Positions 12,001 to 24,000 of a stretch of DNA of 64,000 nt are shown piece by piece (the first letter of the stretch is position 1; each line of letters begins with the position of its first letter). The stretch spans positions 135,743-199,742 of the forward strand of contig CAYJXI010000001.1 in assembly GCA_964374105.1 (NCBI GenBank), in the 5' to 3' direction. Made by a program: the position numbers and the translations under genes. A model generated the notes under the pieces. It saw nothing but the letters and a program-made list of their open reading frames with translations. It was not told the origin of the DNA and made no database searches. Origin of the DNA: an uncultured Planctomycetales bacterium (GTDB lineage: Bacteria; Omnitrophota; Gorgyraeia; Zapsychrales; JANLHA01).

Positions 12001-15000
12001 TGGTTGCGATCAATGACAATCCTTATTTAGCCGAAACCCTAGTGCATGAATTTTCTGGTGGTCGCCACAAGCAAAATCGGAAAGCCGAAGAAGATTTTCG
12101 TGATTGGTATCGCAGACAATCGCAGAAAGAACGCCCGCAATTTATCGAAATCAAAGGCGGCGATTACGATCCCGAGGCTTGGGCCAATCAACCTTTAACT
12201 TTGGCGGTTGTGGCTTGGTCTCATTACCAGGAGTCTAAAGAAATATTATCCTTCAAGCCAGGCGAGGGTATTAAGAAGCCTAGGCCGTCTCAACAATCGG
12301 AACTTTTGATCAGTAAGAAGGCTTTAACTTCAATTCGAGAGCAAATTGATCAAAAGCTACAAAGTGCTCAAAATAGCATAACCCTTGCGGTTGCCGATGG
12401 ACGAGAAATTGAATTTACAATACACGAAATTGCTGGACAAAAGTTTCTCATTCAAAAAGATTGGGGTGCGCAGGTAGGCCTCTCTGTGGAGATGTTGGTT
12501 TTGGCGATTCAAGATATTGCTTCAAGCAATCGGTATTGGAAAAAGGTAAGAAATCATCAACCCTTTGTCATTATGCCTCTTAATCATATCTATATCTTTG
12601 ACCATCAAACGGGAAATCTGCGTGAGGCCTTGGCGGCCAGCATTACCAGTCACAAGGTCATTGTATTACACGAAAAATTGCCCGAGATATTGGTTGAAAT
12701 TCAGAATAACTCTGCCGCCAAGAAGGTGCTGGGGACATTGGTGTGGCATTTATTGCGTTATGAATTTGTGGAAGAAATTATGAAAGCGGAAACTGATTTT
12801 ATGCTCGCTCAGGAGGACTTTAAATATTTAATGGGAAGGAGTCCAAGATCATCCCAACTTTCCGGTGCGCGAACAATCAGATCTCTCAATAAATTAGGTG
12901 TATTGAATCTCACTTATGTCCCCGTAGATATTCTGGGAGACATTTTGGGATTTAGCTCTGCCTACAATAAACGGATTGTGACAGTTCTCAAACAACACGG
13001 CATGCGCACCATCCGTCAGGTTCTCGAAAGACCCTTAAAAGATTTAACGGAAATCCGGTTTGGCGGTAACAGCCAGGAGGCGGTTATGGCCATCATCCAG
13101 GCCTTAAGATTCTATGGCTGGGTCTTGCCCAGTGATTTAGGCCAATGGTGGGAGGTGATTGAAAAATTAGCGAGAAAAGAAGGCCGCCAGCGGATCCCAT
13201 CCTATCAATATGCAATCGTCCGTTTAGCCGAGATCGCTCCCGCATCCGTAGCCGTCCTGCGTGTCCTCAAAGAACACAAAGAGTATAATGTCTCAACTCG
13301 TTTGAGGGTTATTCACCGTTTAGGACGAATTGATCAAAAAAGCCTTGATGCATCACAAATCAAGATCATTGTTTATGTCTTGGGGCAGGCGCTTTATCAA
13401 GAAGAAAGAGATGATCTGAGACTGGAATTGGTAAGAAGCCTGGTTAATTACGGCAAGGATGCCTTAGAGATTTTAAAGACAATCCTTCGCACATCGGATA
13501 TGTTTTCAAGGGAGTTTATCATTCGGGCTTTATCAAGAAGCAAAGAGACGATTGATTTACAATCATTGCTAGGTGATAAGGAGGAAGATGAACCGCATGC
13601 CATTACCTCACAGTCGCAATTCCATGAAGTAATGAAAGCTATCCGAAAAGGAAATCTCAGACTCGCCAGATGGTTTGGCGTTTTGGGATATGCCTTGAAG
13701 ATTCTCGAGGAATGGATAGCCAAATCCGGACTCATGACTGGCCCGCCGGAATTCGGGAATTCAGTTGCCTATCGTACTTACGATGGGAAGATTATCAGAA
13801 GACTTTCCCACCAGCAGGTTCAAGAAATTCTTAAAACCCACCAGTTTGATGATGAATTAATCCGTATCATTCAAGAACAGATTGATCTGCACGAAGCACA
13901 ACCCACCGAACGCAAGGCTATTTTAGCCCAAAGAAGGACCTTACGAAGACTGATCAAAGAAAGGCGAGTAGAAGCAGTTTCAAAACCCCTTGATTCCCTC
14001 CCCCTTGTGGGGAGGGCTAGGGAGGGGGAGAATTTACAGGATTCACCCTCCCCTAACCCCTCCCATCAAGGGAGGGGAAATAAAAAGGAAGCACTTGATT
14101 TCGAGGTTATGAAACCAGTTCTAGTCACAAATTACCCTGGCCTGGCTGCCAGGACAGGCGGGTCATCCCTCGGCTTCGCTCGGGATAGGCAAGTCACAGC
14201 TCGGGGCTTCTTCGCTCAGAAACGTTTGAACGCCAAACTGCCCGTTCATCTCTGGGAGATTCCATTAGGAATAACACAAGAAGATAAGGTCGCTATTGAA
14301 TCTATCATTTCTAACAATGAGTTTGATGCGGTGACACTCACTGAGCGTCCGGTGAGTGATGCCTTTGCCTCGGTCCGGCGAGTTATTTGGCAGATGAGAG
14401 AGCACATGATTCAGGGACGCTGGGTTCAATTCAAGGAATTCTTATCCGCATTGAAGGAATCTTTGGTTAAAGTATTTAGTGAAAAGGCACGCCGCGACAG
14501 TCTCAATACATTAGTTGATCTCCCGCTAAACGTGGAGGCGGTGTTGCACCTCGGCGCCCAGATGCATGGACGCCAGTTCCTAAAGAAAAGAATCCTCAAG
14601 GCGCAAATATTGGGTGCGAAGGCTTTGCTGGTATTTTCTGGCGGTGGGTTCTTCCAGCGATATATCGTTAAGACTCCTATGGGTCGGTTACTTAAAGCCT
14701 CGGGGATTTATGATCTCTTCCAGCGCATGGATGCGGTAAGAATCATAAGACTTTTAGGTGAGATGCAATCACGAGGCGAGATCACAAACGATCTACCGAT
14801 TTGGATTGTGGTTAATCCCAACGAAAAAGACCAACAGCGGGAATTGGCAGCCCTTCAGGAGAAATTAGATGAATTAAAGAAATTCCGATTCCAAAATGGT
14901 CAGCTTGTTAATGTCGCCATATTAACCCAGCCCTCATTGTTTGCCTTAAATTGGAATACGGATCGAGGTCACTGGCAGCCGACATCTCAAGAGCAAGACG

Positions 15001-18000
15001 AATTTAAAAACTTCTTCTTAAAGGCTGAAGAGCGAGGATTGCTTAACAGCATTCCGGTGATCTTCGGCATGCCGAACTTTTTGTCCCTTTATAATGTCGA
15101 TTTCTGGATTTATCTGGTGGGAAGAAAGGTCAGCAAGGATCGTGCGGCTAAACAATTGTACGAGGTCTTTAAGGAGGCAGACTTAAAAGATGAGAGATTA
15201 GCACAATCAACAAGCCAGCCCAATGTTCATTACGAATTTATCCATCGCCGAAACCTCTGGGCACAGGCGGCCATTAACTACGCACAGGATTTGGCCAAAG
15301 AGCTAAGTTCCACTACCAGCGGCTTTATCTTCCAGCCGGCCACCCGCAAGGCCAATATCCCATCTGTTCAAAATCAAATGAGAGAAACCCAATTAACCGC
15401 GGTTGAGCGCGCCTATCCGGATTTGATGAGACTCACTTCTCTCTTAAAGGAGAAAGGAATTGAATTAAATCTCAATTTGGCTCATCTCGACACTAAGCGA
15501 TTAAGGACACTACGCAATTTGTTGATTGAACTTAATAACGAAAAGCCGAGATTCTTTGAGTTGAGCTTAAACGATAAGGCGGTCTTAAACATCTTACAGG
15601 CGAATCCGGTTTTGGTGGATGCGATCAGTGAAGCGATCAGTCATTTAGGCGTAAGGGTTGAATTTACCCCGCATCTTAAGGAATCAAAATATACAAAGAT
15701 CCTTTACGAGGCGCTTTATGTAGTCTGGCGGGCGCTGTATTTCTTAGAGGCTCAATACCGTCCAACGCGCATTCGTGTTGGGGTCATGACACATCCCCGG
15801 CAGACCTTCCAAATCAATGTGGCGGCCCGGCGGTTTATGGTCAGAAACGAAAAGGGTCAATTGAAAGATACCGGGCGCTGGGAATTGCCGATTAATCTTG
15901 AACCGTTTATTATCCATTTGAATGAAGAGGTCATGCTTAATAGTACAGTCTTCGGTGAGGAAATTGACAAGATTTTACAGCGCATTGTCAAGAATGAACC
16001 GATGAGTAAGGGTGGAACTTTTATCGGGAGCGGTCAACCCACGCGCCTCAAAGACAGTGTGATTTGGAAGATCGGCCAGTATTTCTGGGAACTGCACGAT
16101 GAATTCGTGAAGGTCACCAGCGGCAGGGAAGATTACCGCAGCCGTATCGGCGGCACACCGGATAGTGTTGAGGAATTTGTCCATTATCAGGTTGATGCGA
16201 TTTTTTCCGAGATGGTATTGCCGGCCTTAAGAAATAATCGGCAGGTATTTTTGCGCAGCATTGGTCCTGGCGTTCCAGACTTTGATCGCAAGGCCTTGGA
16301 TCGAATCGCGGCACTGGCTCAGAAAGAAGGAATAAGTCTTAAGAAGTTTGAATATGTCTTTGAAGATAAATCGGCAAAGGTCATCGAGAATATCAAGGCT
16401 GTTATCGGCTTAGAAAAAGATAAAAAGACCGGTATTCGTGTCAAGTATGTGACAAGGGACATCAAGGAAACATCTTCGGATATTATCGATCAAGAATCGG
16501 TCAGTGTGGTGCGTATGGCTAATGTCTTGGGTGTACTCGAAACCGACCGCATGGCCATTATTGACGGCAAGATGTATCAGCATGAGGTCATAACGCATCT
16601 GCCGCCAGGTTTTGACGAGGAGTTAGCCGCGGCTTATAGTTTAGACAAAGAAAAATTGATTCGTGACCTTAGAAAGCTAAACGATGAAGAAAGTGTTAAA
16701 TCATTCTTTACCGAGTATCGAGGTTTGATTGGCGATCATCACCGATTCTACCAGTTCTGGCAGGCGTTCTGGGGCCATGAGGATAAGCCGCATACCGGTA
16801 TCAAGAATGAAGAAATCTTGGTGGAGATCCCGCAAGAGAAACTCAAGGACTACGCTTTCCTCAACGATGAGGTGCTTAAAGATTCCGGTGAGATCTTGGT
16901 CGAACTCTTACAAGAGGTTCCCGAAGGGATTTCTGATATTCGGTTCTTGACTTCTAACGGGGCTATTGAGGCCCTGCTGAGACAATTAAATGTCGCAAAG
17001 TCGGTCAGGGAAACCAATGTCATCGTAACCGATCAGCGGTCGTTCTACAATGTCCGCCGCATAACGGTTCTGCATAAATATGATGCCTCGATGGCGGGAT
17101 GGATTAACGGTGTTACCTTGATTAAGGCTATTGAGCGTAAGTTTCAGAATAACGTCCTCATTAATATTCAGTCAGTGGCTAAGCTGATACCCGGCATGGA
17201 TTCCTTTAAACGCTGGTTGCATATACAAGTAACAAAAGATCCGCTTAATGTCAGCGAATGGTTGACAAGCTTTAACTTACCGGGCGGCCTGCGGGAGTGG
17301 ATCTTTGAAACAGGGACGGGATTTAATAGTCTTCGCACTTGGTGGAATGATAAGAAGCGTCGTTATCCGCATCAAGGGGTGGATTTGGCTAAGTATTTTG
17401 ATGGGGAAGGAAATATCCGGGCAGTTGTGCCTGGGACAGAGATCCCATTGATTGCGGATGGCGAGGTTGTCCGAATCATTGAAAATGGCAAGACGGAAGA
17501 ATTCGACTACATTGGTCAGACCGTGATTGTTCGCCATAATATTATGAATTATCACGGTGAGTTTTTACATTCGAGTTTCGGTCATATGAATCCAGTGGCT
17601 GGCTTGAGGTTAGGTCAGTCCTTAAAGCGGGGCGACACAATCGGCAACGTTGCCGATAGCAGAACCCGTGGCCTGCGTGTCGCCTCGCACCTGGATTTCA
17701 CTTTATTCTGGGCGAAGGCGGATGTGGATTATACAAGGATCAATTGGAAGGTGATTAATCAACGAGAACCAATCCTAGGGCTGGTGAATCCGCTGCCTCC
17801 AGATTCAAGCAACAAACCAATAGATCCTGCCAAGCCGCGTGAGGGAAGAACTGAGGCAGAGGTTGTAGCTAGGTTCAATGAATTAAAGAAAAGGAATTTC
17901 AAAGGATTCCCTGCGATTTATCCGCATAATATCCCGGATTGGGTCTTAATGGTTTTGGGTTATTACAACTATTCGGGTGATCTTGTTCGCTATGGAAAGT

Positions 18001-21000
18001 TAATTGAGCTCATCAAGTCAGGGAAACTGCGTGCTGGACCGGATAAAAAGGAAATATTCTATGGTGCCAATGACACTGAGACATATCTGATTGCCGCCAA
18101 TGATAATCCTTTCAAGGCTGAAACACTCATTCATGAGCTGCATGGCGGCACGCATGAAGAGAACGAAGAAGCGGAAAGAAAATATGAGAAATTCTTTATT
18201 GGAGTGGTTCATCCTTATCAAATGGCGATTGATGAATCTATCAATATTATTATTGAAAAGCTCATTGGGGAATTGGACAGTAAGACAGGCAGAGGGGACA
18301 GTCCCCCTGCGGGGACCACCGCTATCGCGGGGCAGGCAGTCCCCTCTGCCTCAGCCATCGAGGAATTTGACGCAACGAGAACCTCGCAAGAACCTTATCT
18401 CATCTGGCAGATCAACTATCCTTCCGAGAATGCCATTCTACTGAAGACTCGTCTGCGATCTGGGTTGAAGCTGACCATCCTACCGAGGGTTTCTGATGCG
18501 AATGATCTTTCTTCCCTTGGGGAAGGCGAAGCCGATATCTTAGCGATTCAGATCAAAGGTAAGGCAACGCTTGCACCTCATGAAATCATTCATTCCCTTT
18601 TTACAAAGATTCAAGAAGGCGGTTTTATTTTGATCCACAATGATCAAGTGATTTTGACATTGGAGAAGGTCAAAGGTGGACTTGAAGTTAGGGGCTTGTT
18701 TATTAAGATGAGCGTCGAACAGCAAAGAAGCTCCCAGTGGAATATTGATCGACCGACCATTTATCTTCACCGTCAGTCAGCTGGTTTACTGAAATCTCTT
18801 GGGCCTAAATTCTTCCTTAATCCTAAGCGGTTGAGCGATTATTTGATGCTTCATCATTCATTTGCTAAATATTATTTCATCATAAAGAAAATAGAGGCCA
18901 TCTTCAAAACTGCCTTTGCAAAGACCATGGATTGGCTCGAAGATCAGGATGAAGAATTGTTGAAGGCAAGGAGAGAAATCGATGAAGTGTATAGGGAAGA
19001 GAAATTCAAAGCCATGTTTAGGTATAAACGAGCGATTAAGGTGCACCTGTCTTTCAACACGGATCTTATTATAGCGAAACGCATGGTTTCGACTTTCAAG
19101 AGGTTAGGTTACGAATCAAAAATTGAGGGGCCGGTTGTTACCTTAACCCGATGGGGCAAGAAGGCCATTCATTATTATGTTTATATCGCCTTGCCGGCTT
19201 TCAGCATCTTAAAAGATCATCTTGTTATCAAAGAGATTTCATCGCCAGGATCTAACCCTGAACCCAAAGAAAAGGAGGTTTTGGAAGAGATTGAGAAAGA
19301 ACCTGCTAAGGAGGATCTTCGCTTGGCTGAGGCCAAGGCCGCCCATGAAAGAGTTAAGAGTCTTCTGGTTGTTGTCCAAGAAGAGCTCCTGAAGGAAGCC
19401 GATCAACTTATAAATAATCCTGATCCCTTCTGGCAAGTTAACGTTAGCATTATGCGAGGCTGGTTTGAGAACCTTGCAAAAGAGAATATCCAATTTAATC
19501 AGGCTATCATGCTAGAAAAACTGCGCTTTGATCGAAATTACTGGAAGTATGATTTGGTCAAGATCCCATTTTTTATTAAGCTCCTTCTTTCCCCACAAGA
19601 GGAAGAGGTGTACGAGGCCTTATTAGCCAATTTGATGTTTATTTGGTATCACCTTGAACCTAAGAAAGAGGAAAGAGAAACAAAAGAAAAGTCTGATTCG
19701 CTTCAAAGAAAGATTAAGGCCTTTGAATATTTACATAAATTGATTACCAAGATGATGATTGTTGTGAATATTCAGGAGATCATAAAGCAGACAGATAAAA
19801 AGGTGCGACAAAATTATTATGAAAAAGGGGACAGTCCCCCAAAGGGGACAGTCCCCAATGACAAAACTTATGAATTTTACAGCGGCGGTGAATTAAAGAA
19901 ATTGGTTGAGTTCTTTAAGGAAAGTTCAACCACTTATCAACTGGTTGAAGCCACAATGGGTTTGATTAAAGATTACAACGATGTTGAGGTTGTCTTCAAA
20001 GAAGACAAGCCAGATTCTGGTAACCTAAATCTTTCAAAAGGACTCGGAATATTATTGACTCTTGGTCTTATCCACAAGATTCTACAAGTCTTTACCAAAC
20101 AGCCTAAGGAGGAGGCAGTCAGAGTCGCTCAAGTTTTTGATTTTCCGTTGTTTGACTCTACGTTTTGGTTGACGGTTCTTGTTATTGGTGTCGCCTTTAT
20201 TGGAATTATAACCATAAAGAGCATGATAAAGAAGCAATGGATTCGTTCTTTGATGAAAACATTTAAAGATCAGAATCGAGATCTTAAAATCCGAGCCAAG
20301 GCTTTACGGAGATTATCCTTTTTATTCAGTGGAAGGAAAGAGGAAGTGATTTTAAAGACTTTCGTTAAAGCCCTCGAAGAGAAAAATCTTGAGATTCAAA
20401 TTGAAGCCGTCCGAGGTCTTGGGCTCATTGGAAGTGAACCAGACTATCTGCCTTATGTTTTAGATATCCTCACGGAGTTAATAGTGCGCAATGAAAGAAT
20501 CGTCAAAAGGGTAATGCCTGTTAGGGAATTGAGGCAATTCGTACCATATAAGCTTCTACAGGAAGTGGCGGTGAATATAGGTGAGATAGGGAAGCCCGCT
20601 TTATCCGAACTGGAAAGATATATGGGATTGTCGCTTGATACCTCTCGGACAATCATTGCCTGGGCGTTAGCACTCATCGGAAAACCGGCTTTAGCGATTC
20701 TCACCAAGGCCTTAAGCGAAAATGACCTCGCTAAGAGAGCCACTGCGGCCGAGGCCGTGTCTTACTTAAAACCACGAATAATTAAGAAGTCTATTCATGC
20801 TCTTCAATCTTCTCTCATCGACCAATATGATGATTATCATTACATGAGTTTAATTCATGTTTATGCTTCGCAGGCGTTGGTAAAGGTGGGAGATCGTGGG
20901 GTACAATTCTTAATTGATTTAGCCAGATTCCATCCCAAGATGATGACAAGATTCAGGGCCAGAGATGCCATTGAGGGGATTACAACACCCAAAGTTCTCG

Positions 21001-24000
21001 TACAAACCATTCAGGTATTGCTTGAGACATTGGCAAAGATAGATTCCCATCGAAAAGAAGTAGAGGCCTTCCCTATTGTTGCCTTTAAAGATTATCTTGT
21101 CCGATCGCTTGAAAATACTCCCCAAAAATTAAAGAGGGAGTTTAGAGCCTTATTAGATCAAAAGAAGGCAACAAAATATGTCAAAGAAGGATTAGCGCTT
21201 TTGATTAAGGCTTGGGCGAGTGGTGAAAAATATATAAAGGATCTTGCCGATGAGCTTTTATCGGAGGTTGAAGAAAAAGGGGACAGTCCCCAAAAGGGGA
21301 CAGTCCCCAATGATATGTTTGATGCTTTAATCTTTTTATCCCATCAAGAAAATTACAAAGAGTTTGTTAAAGATTTACACAGAATTGTCTGGGAGACCGA
21401 ACAGATCCGAAGCCTCAAAGAAAAGACTCGTGCCTTGAGATTCCTTTCCATTGCTCCAGGAGAAACAACACCGGAGGCCTTAAAGACATTATTACTTCAC
21501 GAAGATAAGGAAGAAATAAGAATAGAAATCTTAAAGACTTTAAAGCAAATCGAGGCTCGACAATTCAAGCGGCGGGATTTCTTTAAGGCCTCTTTGTTTG
21601 CTGTGGGTGCATTGGTTGGACTTTCCTTAAGAAAAGGTCAAGGTCAAGCCATTAATCCAGAAGAACCCTTAGATTCTAAGAAAGGCATTGGTTTCCATTA
21701 TGCAAAGAGAATTGAGTTCAAACCATTTGATGAAACCCAATTCGCAAAAGACACACTTGCCTTGGAGGTCTTTGTGGTTATGGGTGAGTTTATACTTGAA
21801 TATGCCTCCCTTTTAAAACAGAAGAATCCCAGTGATCTTGACCAAGCAGATCTCAATCAGTTTAGACAGCTTAAGGCAAGAACAGTCGATCGACTTTTGA
21901 ATATTGATTTACGAATCAGTCGAGAATTTGCGGGCTTTTTAGATCAACCGAGTTTAAGTCAGGAAGAAGAGACTCGCTTTAATCAGGTTGTCTACCATAT
22001 TTTGCCGCGTTACTTTGCCAAACGCGGAATTTATTTCTACACCGAATGGGAATTGGTCCGGCACAATCAAGGGTGGCTCGTTTTGGATCAATTTGGTCTT
22101 TATCGAGTTGATCAAGTCGAAGAATACAAGCAAACCCTTTGGGAAGGCCAAGAGGTTGTTTCATCAGAAATCCATATCTCGGAAACCATGCAACTCAAAG
22201 GTGTCCCAGTTGAGAGCAAAGCCAATATTTTGACTCCTCATGAGAAATATCTCAATGTCTTTATTCCCAGAGAATCGGTTTCTTCTGGGGTCATGAACAT
22301 ACAGACACTCCTTGACGTAACGCTTAAGCGATTCAAAGATGATCCAACGATAGGACCATATCTCACTAAGGATTGGGAGGTGATCTCAAAACAATGGAAG
22401 AAAGATCCTCTGCATTTTGCAATCTTAAAACTCCTTTTGGAGTATGAAAATATTCTTACAAACAAAAAGCTGGGAGAGCTTTTTGTCGAAACAAACAGGA
22501 TCCACGAGTCGTATCACATCTTAGAAATTCTTTTAGGCCGAAGACCCTTAAAGTCGGCCATCTCTGCCGATCAAGAACAAATGCGACGATACTTTGATCA
22601 AAGGATTGTGACCAGTGAAATGGGTGCTATGATCACTCAATTGCGATTTGCCTCGGCGGAACATTGGCGATGGGGATTCAATCGATTCCTGGATACATTT
22701 TATGAAGAAGAAGACTTCAACTGGCGGGTTCGGGTCTACAAACCTAAGTTTGCCATTATTGATTTTGTAATCAGTGCCATTGAGGATAACCTTCAAAGTT
22801 TCTCCAATATTGTTGTGGAGGATCCCTCGCCATGGACAAAACGAGCCCAGATTGCTGCCCAGCTCTACAAATTGGATTATGCTCAGTTTATCAAGCTGAT
22901 CAATGCCGCCCACCAGTGGCATGAAAGAAATTATAATAATCCGATTATCCCGGATGGTCTTCTTAGAAACGATCTTTATTCAAAACGGTTAATACAACAG
23001 AAAATCTATTTCCCCACTTGGTTTGAACAATGGGGGAAAATAGTATTAGGGGTTTCCGCTGCCATGGTTAGCCTCATTATTGGCGGATTAACAGTTTGGT
23101 ATTCCAGAATAAAACATAAGGCCAAGAAAGAAAAAGGGGACAGTCCCCAAATGGGGACTGTCCCCAAGGAAGGGGACGGTCATGATCCCACCCGAAGCAG
23201 CCGGCCGCTCAGTAAGGTAGAGAGAAAACGCCTCTCCCGCATCCTTGATCGATCTGCCGAAGAGATTCGCTCAAGCCAGCCCGCCTATGAAGACCAGAAA
23301 CAAAAGTTGGCATCACTGATCCCAGCCGAATTCAACCATGAATTGGAGATCCTCAAGTGGTCGAGGGTGATCAATGCACCGCCAGCATTGGTTGAGGCGG
23401 TCCTTACCCTTCAGTCAGAAAGTCCTGATAAGTTAGAGATCCAGGCCTTAAATACTCGCTTGGATGATCAAGATTACATCATCCTCCTGCCAATCAATCA
23501 AAACAACGAAGAGCAAGTCCTTCGCTCTATCCTTCATGAAGTTCGGGCGATCAGTCTGCGAGGCAAGGCTTCCACCGAGGAGATTCATCGCCAGGCGGAA
23601 GCCTTTGAGCAATGGGTCCAGACTTCATCTCTAAAGCAGGTGAGCGATGAATCCCAAAGACAAGATCAGACAGCGGAGGTATCGGATGAGAACAAGACCG
23701 ATCCGCATCAATGGAAAAATGCCGGAGATATCCGTTGGGCATTTGGTCTTACCAAGGGAGTTGCCGATCAGCTTTGGGAACTCTGGCAGCACATGCAAGG
23801 AAGGCATGGCGAGTATGCTGTTAAGGAATTAGACCGCGGCCTCAGCAAAGAGAATATTAAAGTCAGGGGACTTCCGGCAGAAAAATGGATTAGGGAGATA
23901 CGACCACAATTGAAAGGTTTGAGCATCGGTCGAGTTGTCCATTTTGCCTTTTTTCATATCTTAGCGAAGGACTTAACCCGCCACCTCCCTGTTCTTGAAC

